DNA from: Alphaproteobacteria bacterium
GTDB taxonomy: Bacteria; Pseudomonadota; Alphaproteobacteria; Rhizobiales; Devosiaceae
Direction of reading: 5' to 3'
Assembly (NCBI GenBank): GCA_024280655.1
Contig: JAJRPR010000011.1
Location: 1 to 41,181 of the forward strand
Length of the DNA stretch: 41,181 bases
Position numbers and translations under genes: made by a program. The notes beneath the pieces were generated by a model. It ran no database searches. It had not been told where the DNA came from and was given only the letters and a program-made list of their open reading frames with translations. Below are positions 9,777 through 19,762 of this stretch, in pieces (positions within the stretch are counted from its first letter, which is position 1; each line of letters begins with the position of its first letter).

Positions 9777-12700
9777 TTATTCTGCCGCATCTTGTGGTGC
9801 TTCTAGCTCATCTTGAATTTGAGAATCTTCGTCATCCTCTAATTCAGTTTCAGTAAGCTCAACATTAAGACCTAAGGATCTAATTTCCTTAACAAGGACG
9901 TTAAAACTCTCAGGAATACCAGCCTCAAAACTACTATCCCCACGAACAATAGCCTCATAAACTTTAGTACGTCCTGCCACGTCATCTGATTTGATTGTAA
10001 GCATTTCTTGCAAAGTATAAGCTGCGCCATAAGCTTCAAGCGCCCACACTTCCATCTCACCAAATCTTTGACCACCAAATTGCGCCTTACCACCAAGCGG
10101 TTGCTGAGTAACAAGCGAATATGGACCAATAGATCTAGCGTGAATTTTATCATCAACAAGGTGATGAAGTTTTAGCATATAAATATAGCCAACTGTCACT
10201 TGACGCTCAAATTGATCGCCAGTGCGCCCATCATAAAGAGTAGATTGACCAGAACCTTTAAGCCCTGCCCTATCCAACATTTCTACAATGTCAGCTTCCT
10301 TTGCACCATCAAAAACAGGTGTTGCTATTGAAATGCCTTTTTTAAGCTGATCGCCTAAAAGAACAACACTATCATCATCTAGATCAGTTAATGTCTTATC
10401 ACCTGCAAACAGCTCTCCCATTTCGCTTTTAAGCGGCTCAAGATTACCATTTTCACGATAAAGACGTAACATCTCGTCAATTTTCTTGCCCATACCTGCG
10501 CAAGCCCAACCTAGATGAGTTTCAAGAATTTGCCCCACATTCATACGTGAAGGCACACCAAGCGGATTAAGCACAATCTCAACAGGCGTTCCATCTTCAA
10601 GGAATGGCATATCTTCTTGCGGCATAATGCGTGAAACCACACCTTTATTGCCGTGACGACCAGCCATTTTATCACCAGATTGTAATTTACGCTTGGTAGC
10701 AACAAAGACTTTTACCATCTTCATAACACCAGGTAATAATTCATCACCACGCTGTAATTTATCAACTTTATTGATAAAACGTTGTTCTAGAAGTTTACGG
10801 CTCTCATCATATTGTGATTGCAAGATTTCAATTTCTGACATTACTTTGTCATCATCAATAACAAATTGCCACCATTTTGAACGTGGATGAACGTCAAAAA
10901 TTGCATCATTGAGTTTTGCACCAGCAAGATATCCCTTTGGTCCAGCCGTTGCTTCTTTACCAAATAACATCTCTTTAAGACGGGCAAACACGTTACGATT
11001 AAGAATAGCTTGCTCATCGTCCCTATCTTTTGCCAAACGCTCAATTTCTTCACGCTCAATAGACATAGCACGCTCGTCTTTTTCAATACCATGACGATTA
11101 AATACACGCACTTCAACAACAGTACCACTATCACCCGGAGGAACACGTAAAGAAGTATCACGAACATCAGAGGCTTTTTCACCAAAAATAGCACGCAGAA
11201 GCTTTTCTTCTGGTGTCATTGGGCTTTCGCCTTTTGGAGTAATTTTACCAACCAAAATATCACCGGGCTCAACTTGAGCGCCAATATGTACAATGCCAGC
11301 CTCATCAAGATTTCTTAGTGCTTCTTCTGAAACATTTGGAATATCACGAGTGATTTCTTCAGGGCCAAGCTTAGTATCACGAGCCATTACATCATATTCA
11401 TCAATGTGAATTGAGGTAAAAACATCTTCTTTTACGATATTATCACTTAGCAAAATACTATCTTCAAAATTATAGCCATTCCAAGGCATAAACGCTACTA
11501 GAACGTTACGACCAAGCGCTAAATCGCCAAGCTCTGTTGAAGGGCCATCGGCAATAATATCACCTTCATTAATATGATCACCAACCACAACTAGTGGACG
11601 CTGATTAATGCAAGTTGATTGATTTGATCTTTGGAATTTCATCAAATTATAAATATCAACACCAGATTTAGATGCATCTGTTTCTTTAGTTGCACGAATA
11701 ACAATACGTGTCGCATCGACCTGATCAACAATACCAGAGCGTTTAGCAACAATCGCCGCACCACTATCGCGTGCAACAACTGCTTCCATACCTGTACCAA
11801 CAAATGGCGCTTGCGAGCGCAACAAAGGCACGGCTTGACGCATCATGTTAGATCCCATCAAAGCACGATTAGCATCATCATTTTCCAAGAAAGGAATAAG
11901 CGAAGAAGCGATTGAAATAACCTGCTTAGGGCTAACATCCATAAGGTCAATTTGCTCTTTAGGAGTTAATGATACTTCACCAGCTTTACGAGCGGTAACC
12001 AAATCATTTACAAATTCACCCTTATCATTTACGTGAGCATTAGCCTGAGCAATATGATATTTTGCTTCTTCCATTGCTGAAAGATAAATAACTTCATCGC
12101 TAATTTTATTGTCAATCACCTTGCGATAAGGAGTTTCGATGAAACCATATTTATTCACACGAGCAAAAGTCGCTAGTGAGTTAATAAGACCAATATTTGG
12201 CCCCTCAGGAGTTTCAATCGGGCAAATACGACCATAATGCGTAACATGCACGTCACGAACCTCAAAGCCAGCACGCTCACGAGTTAGACCACCCGGCCCA
12301 AGCGCTGAAAGACGGCGTTTGTGAGTGATTTCTGATAATGGATTTGTTTGATCCATAAATTGGGAAAGCTGAGATGAGCCAAAAAACTCACGAACTGCGG
12401 CGGCCGCTGGTTTTGCGTTAATCAAATCTTGCGGCATAACAGTATCAATTTCAACCGAACTCATACGCTCTTTTATCGCACGTTCCATGCGCAAAAGACC
12501 AATACGATATTGATTTTCCATCAATTCACCAACCGAGCGAACTCGGCGATTGCCTAGATTATCAATATCATCAATCGCACCTTTGCCATCACGCAAATTA
12601 ACTAAGGTTCTTATAACTTCAACAATATCTTCCTTGCGTAAAACACGAATACTATCATCAACATCAAGATCAAGACGCATATTGAGTTTTACACGACCAA

Positions 12701-13922
12701 CAGCTGAAAGATCATAACGCTCGCTATCAAAGAATAATGAGTTAAACATCGCTTCAGCGGGTTCAATGGTTGGCGGTTCACCCGGACGCATCACACGATA
12801 AATATCAAATAAAGCATCTTCACGAGTTTCATTTTTATCAACAGCCAGAGTATTGCGCATATAAGCGCCGATATTTTTATGATCAATATCAAGGATTGAT
12901 AATTCATCAAAGCCAGCTTCAACTAGTTTTCCAAGCAATTCCTCTGTAATTTCATCACCAGCTTCAGCATAAATTTCGCCAGTTTCCATATTGAGCATAT
13001 CTTGTGCGATATAATTCGTATAAACATCCTCGTCCTGAACTAGCAAATGAGTTAAACCAGCCTCAACTTGCTTTTTAGTAGCTAGTACTGAGACTTTCTT
13101 ACCAGCAGCAAAAACAACTTTACCAGTTTTGGCATTAATTAGGTCAGCTAAAGGCTTAACACCTTTCCACTTGTCTGCTTCAAATGGCTTTTTCCAGCCT
13201 TTTTTGACCTTCTCATAGGTATGACTATCGTAATATGTATCAAGAATTTCTTCTGCGTCCATGCCCAATGCTTTTAAGAGCGATGTTACAGGAATTTTAC
13301 GACGTCGATCAATACGAGCAAAAACTACATCTTTTGCGTCAAATTCAACATCTAACCATGAACCACGATAAGGAATTATGCGAGCAGCAAATAAAAGCTT
13401 GCCTGATGAATGTGATTTGCCTTTATCATGATCAAAGAACACACCTGGTGAGCGATGCATTTGGGATACAATCACACGCTCAGTGCCATTAACAACAAAT
13501 GTGCCATTCTCAGTCATAAACGGCATATCGCCCATATAGACTTCTTGCTCTTTAATATCTTTAACCGATTTCGCACCAGTATCTTCATCAACATCAAACA
13601 CAATTAAGCGCAACGTCACTTTTAGTGGTGCGGCAAATGTCATTCCACGTTGACGACATTCTTCAGTATCATATTTTGGCTGTTCAAATTCATATCTAAC
13701 AAATTCAAGTGAAGCAACATTTGAAAAATCTGTAATTGGAAAAACTGACTTAAACACTGCTTGCAAACCCGTATCAAGGCGGCCGCCTTCTGGCTCGTCC
13801 TTAATTAAAAACTGATCATAAGATGTTTTTTGCACCTCAATCAGATTTGGCATTTTTGTAACTTCTTTAATCTTGCCGAAGGACTTACGTACCTTACGAC
13901 GACCGTTAAATGTGGTAGCCAT
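9777..13922 (-). CDS. rpoB: DNA-directed RNA polymerase beta subunit
   Basis: 1381 aa. It carries the rifampicin cluster I region [32 protein letters not shown], then [17 protein letters not shown] and the C-terminal [29 protein letters not shown] is upstream of the ATG. Confidence 0.97.
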   Translation of the reverse strand: MATTFNGRRKVRKSFGKIKEVTKMPNLIEVQKTSYDQFLIKDEPEGGRLDTGLQAVFKSVFPITDFSNVASLEFVRYEFEQPKYDTEECRQRGMTFAAPLKVTLRLIVFDVDEDTGAKSVKDIKEQEVYMGDMPFMTENGTFVVNGTERVIVSQMHRSPGVFFDHDKGKSHSSGKLLFAARIIPYRGSWLDVEFDAKDVVFARIDRRRKIPVTSLLKALGMDAEEILDTYYDSHTYEKVKKGWKKPFEADKWKGVKPLADLINAKTGKVVFAAGKKVSVLATKKQVEAGLTHLLVQDEDVYTNYIAQDMLNMETGEIYAEAGDEITEELLGKLVEAGFDELSILDIDHKNIGAYMRNTLAVDKNETREDALFDIYRVMRPGEPPTIEPAEAMFNSLFFDSERYDLSAVGRVKLNMRLDLDVDDSIRVLRKEDIVEVIRTLVNLRDGKGAIDDIDNLGNRRVRSVGELMENQYRIGLLRMERAIKERMSSVEIDTVMPQDLINAKPAAAAVREFFGSSQLSQFMDQTNPLSEITHKRRLSALGPGGLTRERAGFEVRDVHVTHYGRICPIETPEGPNIGLINSLATFARVNKYGFIETPYRKVIDNKISDEVIYLSAMEEAKYHIAQANAHVNDKGEFVNDLVTARKAGEVSLTPKEQIDLMDVSPKQVISIASSLIPFLENDDANRALMGSNMMRQAVPLLRSQAPFVGTGMEAVVARDSGAAIVAKRSGIVDQVDATRIVIRATKETDASKSGVDIYNLMKFQRSNQSTCINQRPLVVVGDHINEGDIIADGPSTELGDLALGRNVLVAFMPWNGYNFEDSILLSDNIVKEDVFTSIHIDEYDVMARDTKLGPEEITRDIPNVSEEALRNLDEAGIVHIGAQVEPGDILVGKITPKGESPMTPEEKLLRAIFGEKASDVRDTSLRVPPGDSGTVVEVRVFNRHGIEKDERAMSIEREEIERLAKDRDDEQAILNRNVFARLKEMLFGKEATAGPKGYLAGAKLNDAIFDVHPRSKWWQFVIDDDKVMSEIEILQSQYDESRKLLEQRFINKVDKLQRGDELLPGVMKMVKVFVATKRKLQSGDKMAGRHGNKGVVSRIMPQEDMPFLEDGTPVEIVLNPLGVPSRMNVGQILETHLGWACAGMGKKIDEMLRLYRENGNLEPLKSEMGELFAGDKTLTDLDDDSVVLLGDQLKKGISIATPVFDGAKEADIVEMLDRAGLKGSGQSTLYDGRTGDQFERQVTVGYIYMLKLHHLVDDKIHARSIGPYSLVTQQPLGGKAQFGGQRFGEMEVWALEAYGAAYTLQEMLTIKSDDVAGRTKVYEAIVRGDSSFEAGIPESFNVLVKEIRSLGLNVELTETELEDDEDSQIQDELEAPQDAAE

Positions 13923-13991
13923 TAACAGCTCCTAAAATGTTTGTGATTGGGAATTAGCAATTATCCAAAGCACCGACAATCAGCCGTCGGC

Positions 13992-14033
13992 ACTTGGGAT
14001 ATTCGCCTATTAACTTGGGATATTCGCCTATTA
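13992..14033. repeat. perfect 21-bp tandem duplication (ACTTGGGATATTCGCCTATTA x2) in the rplL-rpoB spacer
   Basis: Read directly: 13992..14012 is identical to 14013..14033. Confidence 0.95.
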
Positions 14034-14104
14034 TTTTTAATTTATATATAACGCAACTTTATTAACTTTATCCAACTCAAATATAAGCACAAGTTGGCAA
14101 AATT

Positions 14105-14124
14105 GGGGTGACAAAAGCCACCCC
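14105..14124 (-). terminator. rplL-rpoB intercistronic hairpin (attenuator/partial terminator)
   Basis: Minus strand reads GGGGTGGC-TTTT-GTCACCCC (8-bp stem, one G.U) followed by AATTTTG. It starts 16 nt after the rplL stop. An attenuator at this position is known in E. coli. Confidence 0.5.
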
Positions 14125-14140
14125 AAAATTATTTAGTGAA

Positions 14141-14515
14141 CTATTTAAGTTCAACTTTAGCACCAGCAGCTTCAAGCTTAGTTTTAAGCTCTTCTGCTTC
14201 GTCTTTTGATACGCCTTCTTTAACAGGTTTTGGCGCACTTTCAACTAATGCCTTTGATTCTGCAAGGCCAAGACCTGTAATTGCACGAACCTCTTTGATG
14301 ACGTTAAGCTTTTTATCGCCCATCTCTACGAGAACAACATCAAATTCAGTCTTTTCTTCTGCGACAGCACCTGCATCACCACCACCAGCGACCGCAACGG
14401 CAACTGGAGCAGCGGCAGATACGCCCCACTTTTCTTCAAGTAGTTTTGAAAGTTCTGAGGCTTCCAATACTGTTAGTGCTGATAGATCATCTACCAATTT
14501 TTCTAGATTTGCCAT
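14141..14515 (-). CDS. rplL: 50S ribosomal protein L7/L12
   Basis: 124 aa: [37 protein letters not shown]...KVELK. GAGGAG is upstream. Confidence 0.97.
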   Translation of the reverse strand: MANLEKLVDDLSALTVLEASELSKLLEEKWGVSAAAPVAVAVAGGGDAGAVAEEKTEFDVVLVEMGDKKLNVIKEVRAITGLGLAESKALVESAPKPVKEGVSKDEAEELKTKLEAAGAKVELK

Positions 14516-14575
14516 TTTTAGCTCCTCAATTATAGTTTTTGTTTAAGTTCGAATATGGAAAAGGTTGTAAAACGC

Positions 14576-15094
14576 TCAAGCGGCTGCACCCTTATCGGAA
14601 TATGCAGAAATAACTCTAGCAACTTGACCACCTGGTGCTTGAAGAATTGTTGCGATATTAGCGCTTGGTCTAGTAAGAAGACCTGCGATTTTAGCACGTA
14701 ATTCATCAAGTGAAGGCATTGAGGCTAAGGCTTTAACACCATCAGCATCAAGTTCAGTTGAACCCATTGTTCCACCAAGAATAACAAGTTTTTCGTTATC
14801 TTTAGCAAAACCTACCGCAATTTTTGGTGCGGTTACAGGATCATCTGAATAGGCAACTAGGGTTGGACCTTTAAAAAGATCCGAAATATCTGCACTATCT
14901 GTTTCCTTAAGAGCCAGCTTGGCAAGACGGTTTTTTGCAACCCTCACTTGTCCACCTGCCTGTTTCATCTGCACACGCAGATTTTCCATTTCAGACACGT
15001 TAAGACCAGTATAGTGCGCTACGACAACCACTTCAGAAGACTTAAAATCTTCAACAAGCGCTTTGACGAGCTTGGTTTTTTCCGCTCTATCCAC
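14576..15094 (-). CDS. rplJ: 50S ribosomal protein L10
   Basis: 172 aa. GTG start with GGAGAG upstream. Its sequence and its position upstream of rplL fit L10. Confidence 0.93.
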   Translation of the reverse strand: MDRAEKTKLVKALVEDFKSSEVVVVAHYTGLNVSEMENLRVQMKQAGGQVRVAKNRLAKLALKETDSADISDLFKGPTLVAYSDDPVTAPKIAVGFAKDNEKLVILGGTMGSTELDADGVKALASMPSLDELRAKIAGLLTRPSANIATILQAPGGQVARVISAYSDKGAAA

Positions 15095-15392
15095 TGCTTC
15101 TCTCCACAGTTTAGCTCAAAAATTGAGCCGTTTCATTATGTTACACTAAATACTTCACCCAAAGGTTGGTATTACGGTAACGGTTCAATGCCTGTAAATC
15201 GATTTAACTCAAATGAGAAACACCGATTTGGTTCGAACAAACAATCAGGGGTATTAACCCGAATTCACTTTTCTCACCCCATCTATTGCCGGCTCTTTCG
15301 ATTTAAGGGAAAACCCCACCCACAGTCTTTAACAGGACTTTGTTACAAGAGGAGCCAAATATTTCAAAAGAAATAAGTCGCTCATTGTAACA
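15095..15392 (-). promoter_or_regulatory. long 5' leader of rplJL (candidate L10 autoregulatory leader plus promoter)
   Basis: A 338-nt ORF-free gap separates rplA from rplJ. L10(L12)4-binding leaders are known upstream of rplJ in many bacteria. The structure was not verified here. Confidence 0.35.
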
Positions 15393-15432
15393 TTTTGGGC
15401 AATAAATCGCCCAAAACTTTTTTCAAATACTC

Positions 15433-16125
15433 TTAATTAAGAGCGCTTGAACTATCAACATGAACACCAGGGCCCATTGTTGATGAAATTGTAATACGCT
15501 TAATATAAACGCCTTTAGCACCTGATGGCTTAGCTTTTTGCACAGCGCTTACAAATGCTTTAATATTTTCTAACAAAGCCTTTTGATCAAAAGATGCTTT
15601 ACCAACACCTGCATGAAGAATTCCAGCTTTTTCAACACGAAATTCAACAGCGCCGCCTTTAGCATCTTTAACCGCTTGCGCAACATCTGGAGTAACCGTG
15701 CCAACTTTTGGATTTGGCATTAGATTACGAGGCCCAAGCACTTTACCTAAGCGTCCAACAAGTGGCATCATGTCAGGAGTTGCAATGCAGCGATCAAAAT
15801 CAATTTTACCAGCTAAAACTTCGTCAGCTAATTCTTTATCACCAACAATATCAGCACCAGCCGCTCTAGCTTCATCAGCCTTTGCATCTTTTGCAAAAAC
15901 TGCAACACGAACTGTTTTTCCTGTACCGTTAGGTAAGTTAATAACACCACGCACCATTTGGTCGGCATGACGAGGATCAACACCAAGATTAATAGCAATA
16001 TCAACGCTTTCGTCAAATTTTGTAGTTGCCCGCTCTTTAACCATTTTTATAGCTTCATCAATAGAATAATTTGTATTTTTATCAATGCCATTAAGGGCAG
16101 CTTTATATCTTTTATTACTAGCCAT
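15433..16125 (-). CDS. rplA: 50S ribosomal protein L1
   Basis: ORF 15433..16140 (TTG) trimmed to ATG 16125 ([13 protein letters not shown]...), which lies 4 nt after the rplK stop with GGGGAA upstream. Confidence 0.93.
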   Translation of the reverse strand: MASNKRYKAALNGIDKNTNYSIDEAIKMVKERATTKFDESVDIAINLGVDPRHADQMVRGVINLPNGTGKTVRVAVFAKDAKADEARAAGADIVGDKELADEVLAGKIDFDRCIATPDMMPLVGRLGKVLGPRNLMPNPKVGTVTPDVAQAVKDAKGGAVEFRVEKAGILHAGVGKASFDQKALLENIKAFVSAVQKAKPSGAKGVYIKRITISSTMGPGVHVDSSSALN

Positions 16126-16129
16126 AATC

Positions 16130-16558
16130 TTATTCCCCAACCTCTAGACCCATTGAGCGAGCAGAGCCCGCAACCTGCTTCATAGCAGCCTCAATAGTAT
16201 CTGCATTTAGATCTTTCATCTTCTTCTCAGCTATAGTTTTTAATTGCGCTTGAGAAATTGAGCCAGCAACTTCATGTCCGGGCTTGTTCGAGCCTGATTT
16301 AATATTCAGCTCTTGCTTAATGAAATAACTAACAGGCGGCATTTTAAGCTCAAACGTAAAGCTCTTATCCGCAAATATAGTAATAATAGTTGGAATTGGC
16401 GCACCCTTATCAAGTTCTTGCGTCTTAGCGTTAAACGCCTTACAAAATTCCATGATATTTAGACCACGTTGACCAAGAGCTGGTCCAATTGGTGGCGCAG
16501 GGTTTGCAGATCCTGCTGGCACTTGCAACTTCAAGTAGCCGGTAATTCTCTTCGCCAT
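16130..16558 (-). CDS. rplK: 50S ribosomal protein L11
   Basis: ORF trimmed to ATG 16558. Sequence [44 protein letters not shown], 142 aa. AAGGA is upstream. Confidence 0.95.
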   Translation of the reverse strand: MAKRITGYLKLQVPAGSANPAPPIGPALGQRGLNIMEFCKAFNAKTQELDKGAPIPTIITIFADKSFTFELKMPPVSYFIKQELNIKSGSNKPGHEVAGSISQAQLKTIAEKKMKDLNADTIEAAMKQVAGSARSMGLEVGE

Positions 16559-16654
16559 ATTTCGTCCTTTCAAAAACTTACCCAAGAAGGGCAATGATTA
16601 GCTCCAAAATTAGAGCTGTTTGACGTTTGTGGTGCAAGGTTTAACCGATGAATG

Positions 16655-16890
16655 GCATCATCGCCCTCTTCCACAGTCTTTATTCTCTTTTATGCTTGTC
16701 GCCGTTGGTCGCTTTGCTCCCGACCCCGACACCCCCGCCGTTATTCTTTTTCCTTACGCACTTTTACTCTTGTAGCCGTTTTATTCTTGTCGCCGTTGGT
16801 CGCTTTGCTCCCGACCAGAGCCTGCCCCGCGCTACGACACGGGGACACCCCCGCCGTTTATTCTTTCCCCAAGCTATATCTCGCTACGTT
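16655..16890 (+). repeat. GC-rich intergenic mosaic element, copy A (internally duplicated)
   Basis: The 28-nt core GTCGCCGTTGGTCGCTTTGCTCCCGACC occurs at 16698..16725 and again, identically, at 16789..16816. Each core is followed by ACACCCCCGCCGTT(T)ATTCTTT (16729..16749 and 16845..16866). The second unit has a 28-nt GC-rich insert (16817..16844). Confidence 0.85.
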
Positions 16891-16904
16891 GCTTTCCTTA
16901 CAAA

Positions 16905-17435
16905 CTATAGTTTTTCTACCTGCCCATATTCCAATTCAACTGGAGTTGCTCTACCAAAAATAGAAACTTCAACTTTGAGGCGTGCTCGTTCCTCATCTAC
17001 ATCTTCAACAATACCATTAAAGCTAGCAAATGGCCCGTCGCTTACCCGTACCTGCTCACCAATATCAAACGAAATTGATGGTTTTGGACGATCAACACCT
17101 TCTTGCACTTGCTGCAAAATATTTTGTGCTTCTGCTTCAGATATTGGCTTTGGCTTATTATCAGCTCCCAAAAATCCAGTAACTTTTGGTGTGTTTTTAA
17201 TTAAATGGAATGTTTCATCAGTTAATTCCATTTTCACCAAAATATAACCAGGGAAAAATTTGCGCTCAGCGTCAACTTTACGCCCTCGACGAACTTCAAC
17301 AACTTTTTCAACTGGCACAAGAACCTCATCAACAAGAGCATCGAGCTTTTTAAGTGAAATTTTTTCTAATAATGCGTCAGCAACTTTACGTTCAAAGTTG
17401 GAATATGCCTGAACTATATACCAGCGTTTTGCCAT
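16905..17435 (-). CDS. nusG: transcription termination/antitermination factor NusG
   Basis: 176 aa: MAKRWYIVQAYSNFERKV...FPGYILVKM...; C-terminal KOW segment GEQVRVSDGPFASFNGIVEDVD. Confidence 0.95.
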   Translation of the reverse strand: MAKRWYIVQAYSNFERKVADALLEKISLKKLDALVDEVLVPVEKVVEVRRGRKVDAERKFFPGYILVKMELTDETFHLIKNTPKVTGFLGADNKPKPISEAEAQNILQQVQEGVDRPKPSISFDIGEQVRVSDGPFASFNGIVEDVDEERARLKVEVSIFGRATPVELEYGQVEKL

Positions 17436-17501
17436 AATAAAATGTAACCCTAATTCTTAAAACCAAAAAACGACAAATGATAACCTAACGACAAACAAAA
17501 C

Positions 17502-17696
17502 CTAACGAATTGACAATAATGATTGCACAGCAAAAGAAATTAGCTGATCTGCAAACATAAAGAACAGGCTAGCCAGCAAAACCATGATCAAAACCATGAT
17601 TGTTGAGACAAGAGTTTCATTTCTTGACGGCCACACTACTTTTTTTAATTCCGTGCGAACTTGCTGCAAGAATATAAGTGGGTTTGTACGAGCCAT
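17502..17696 (-). CDS. secE: preprotein translocase subunit SecE
   Basis: ORF 17502..17759 trimmed to ATG 17696 (MARTNPLIFLQQVRTELKKVVWPSRNET... plus one TM helix), 64 aa. It lies upstream of nusG. Confidence 0.85.
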   Translation of the reverse strand: MARTNPLIFLQQVRTELKKVVWPSRNETLVSTIMVLIMVLLASLFFMFADQLISFAVQSLLSIR

Positions 17697-17920
17697 TATG
17701 AAATACCTGTTTTTTCGATCGTTAGAATTTTTATTTTTGATTTCAGAAAATAAATCCAAAACCTAGAATAAGTACTTGTAATTTAAAACATAACCAATAA
17801 TTTAGAACATAATAAACCACCGCATGAATCTCCTCAAGCGGCAATGTTTAATGCTGTCTATAAAATTAGTGAGCAAAAAGCAAGAGGATATTGGGAATAT
17901 TTTGTATTTATTGGGCTTTA

Positions 17921-18140
17921 GCGAGCAGTAACCTCCCCCATACTGAATATGAGGCGGCAGGAATAAAGAGGCAACAAGAATAAAAGTGCATAAAGAAAAA
18001 GAATAACGGCGGGGGTGTCGGGGTCGGGAGCGTAAGCGACCAACGGCGACAAGAAAGAAGAGCTTGGCAGAGCTCTCCTACGCTCTTCGAGCTACGGCGC
18101 GGCATAAGCGCTTCTAGGTTCGCTTTGCTAACCAAGAAGT
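17921..18140 (-). repeat. GC-rich intergenic mosaic element, copy B (inverted relative to A)
   Basis: 17953..18053 is the reverse complement of 16695..16794 at roughly 90% identity by eye. The core is at 18022..18050. Additional GC-rich palindromic modules follow up to about 18135. Confidence 0.85.
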
Positions 18141-18145
18141 GTTAA

Positions 18146-18221
18146 TGGCAGGGGCGGAGGGACTCGAACCCACGACCCTCGGTTTTGGAGACCGATGCTC
18201 TACCAACTGAGCTACACCCCT
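18146..18221 (-). tRNA. tRNA-Trp (anticodon CCA), 3' CCA encoded
   Basis: Reverse complement reads AGGGGTG TA GCTC AGTTGGTA GAGC A TCGGT CTCCAAA ACCGA GGGTC GTGGG TTCGAGT CCCTC CGCCCCT G CCA. It folds as a 76-nt cloverleaf with one T.T mismatch in the T stem. Confidence 0.92.
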
Positions 18222-18539
18222 ATAAGCCAAGCGTTTATCTAAATGTATTTATTAAATCGTGCAAGACTTATTTATATAATGATCAAGACTTATTTCTTAA
18301 GCAAATACAACTTATGGCTTAACGTCTAAAAACAGTCACATTTATCTGTATTTTATTATTATTTATATTAATAACGAGGAAAATATTTAATTCGGTAGTT
18401 TGTTTTTTAGATTTAGTTGAGTGTTGGACAAATTGAGCACCCAAACTTTTGTTTTGATAAAACTTGCTGTTAACAAAATAATAAGCATCTCAAGTTATAA
18501 TACTTGTTCTGGTTTGGGGGCCAAATCAGAGGTTATAAA

Positions 18540-19646
18540 ATGACTAATAATATATTATTTAATAAAGTTCTTAGAAAACTTACGTTCTTTAAGTCTGCAA
18601 TTTTAATTTCTATTTTTGCAGCTCTCCCTGCCCAAAGCTTTGAATCCAATATCAATATAATGACTGGAGGGGCTTCTGGAACCTATATCCAGATAGGTAG
18701 AGATATTGCCAACCTTGCAAAAGCTATCGATATGGATGTCACTGTAGTAGAATCTGCTGGCTCTATGGAAAATATTGAGGCAGTTAGAGATCGACCTTAT
18801 ACTCAGTTTGGAATTGTGCAAAGTGATGTTCTTGACTTTATCAGAACATTCAGAAACGAAGATAAAGCGATGCGGCGCATTGCTACTGGAACAAAAATAG
18901 CATTCCCTTTATATAATGAAGAAGTACATATAGTTGCCAAAAATTCAAGCTCAATAAATGTTATAGCGGATTTATCTGGTAAAATTGTTGCTGTTGGAGC
19001 GCCAAATAGTGGTACTAATCTAACAAGTACATTTTTGTTTGAAGTTACAAATATAAGACCGCAAACTTTAGTGACAATTAAAGCTTCAGAAGCTCTTGAG
19101 GAGTTGCGAGCTGGGCGAATTGACGCATTTATATATGTAGCAGGAGCGCCAACAAAATTATTACTGGACACAAATGCTGATGATGATCTTAAGCTTATCC
19201 CAGTTGCGGCTGGTGCGATAAGCGGATATTATAGCACAGCTACAATAAAGGCGGGGACATATCCTTGGCTTCGGAGCGATGTTTTAACTCCTGCGGTTAA
19301 GGCTGTTTTGATGACATATCAATATGACCCAAACCGAAATGATTATTTGAAGCAGTCATGCGAGGTAGTAACAAAAATATCTTATTTGATAAATCGCAAC
19401 ATTGAATATCTAAGGCAAAATGGACATCCAAAATGGAAACAAGTTGATCTTAATGCTTTGCCTCCCGGTTGGGAGAGAGCAGATTGTGTTAACACGGCTC
19501 TTGAAGAAGGTTATCAATTACCAACAATTAATGTGATAAATTCGATTAGCCCAGCACCAACACAAGCTCCAGCTATTGTAGTTAATTGTGATGCGATACA
19601 AAATCCAGTTGCCAAAAGACTTTGCTTGATGAGAAGCGAAGGATAG
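18540..19646 (+). CDS. TAXI-family TRAP-type solute-binding protein (orphan; signal peptide)
   Basis: ORF 18504..19646 trimmed to ATG 18540, with AGAGG upstream. Signal peptide ...AALPAQSF. The TAXI signature is recognisable: MTGGASGTYIQIGRDIANLAK...VESAGSMENIEAV...FGIVQSDV. The C-terminal tail is Cys-containing. Confidence 0.75.
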   Translation: MTNNILFNKVLRKLTFFKSAILISIFAALPAQSFESNINIMTGGASGTYIQIGRDIANLAKAIDMDVTVVESAGSMENIEAVRDRPYTQFGIVQSDVLDFIRTFRNEDKAMRRIATGTKIAFPLYNEEVHIVAKNSSSINVIADLSGKIVAVGAPNSGTNLTSTFLFEVTNIRPQTLVTIKASEALEELRAGRIDAFIYVAGAPTKLLLDTNADDDLKLIPVAAGAISGYYSTATIKAGTYPWLRSDVLTPAVKAVLMTYQYDPNRNDYLKQSCEVVTKISYLINRNIEYLRQNGHPKWKQVDLNALPPGWERADCVNTALEEGYQLPTINVINSISPAPTQAPAIVVNCDAIQNPVAKRLCLMRSEG

Positions 19647-19707
19647 TAAGCTATTTTCAGCAAAACAAAAAAGGACGCCTAATTTAGGCGTCCTATTGAT
19701 TGTAGCC
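19511..19707 (+). repeat. direct repeat DR1 (3' end of the TAXI gene plus its terminator)
   Basis: About 90% identical by eye to 20984..21182. Confidence 0.9.
19672..19694 (+). terminator. intrinsic terminator-like hairpin after the TAXI gene
   Basis: AGGACGCC-TAATTTA-GGCGTCCT (8-bp stem) followed by ATTGATTG, 26 nt after the stop. Confidence 0.55.
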
Positions 19708-19762
19708 ATGAATAAATTATGTATTTATACGAAATGATAGTTTTTAGGGTTACGTATTCATT

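Noticed and set aside
12243-12245. Val in place of Pro in the rpoB segment RDVH-P-THYGR, initially suspected to be the rifampicin-resistance position P564.
   Set aside because: Recounting from H526 places this residue at E. coli position 552, outside the Rif clusters. As I recall, the position is variable (Tyr in Bacillus). Cluster II ([10 protein letters not shown]) is canonical here.
5417-15376. Many 60-150-aa ORFs antisense to or overlapping rpoC, rpoB, rplL and rplJ (for example 5417..5851, 8693..9142, 10841..11194 and 14136..14546). The same applies to similar shadows in thyA, folA, thrS, cysE and others.
   Set aside because: These are shadow ORFs inside strongly supported conserved genes. 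They have low-complexity or Ser/Thr/Leu-rich translations and no translation signals.
15393-15416. Hairpin TTTTGGGC-AATAAATC-GCCCAAAA as an intrinsic terminator of rplKA.
   Set aside because: The T-run follows the stem on the plus strand, not on the transcribed minus strand. It may still be a stability or processing hairpin, but I do not call it a terminator.
16698-16816. Two identical 28-nt repeats 91 bp apart looked briefly like a mini CRISPR array.
   Set aside because: Only two direct copies are present. The 'spacer' itself contains other repeated modules of the same element. The other copies are dispersed and inverted, and no cas genes or leader are present. It is a mosaic repeat, not a CRISPR array.
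16648-17247. ORF-track entries running through the GC-rich repeats and tRNAs: 16648..17247, 16652..16963, 17908..18135, 22276..22464 and 22333..22533.
   Set aside because: They are the repeat element, or a tRNA gene, read as protein. The same peptide strings recur wherever the repeat recurs. They overlap nusG or the tRNAs and have no SD.
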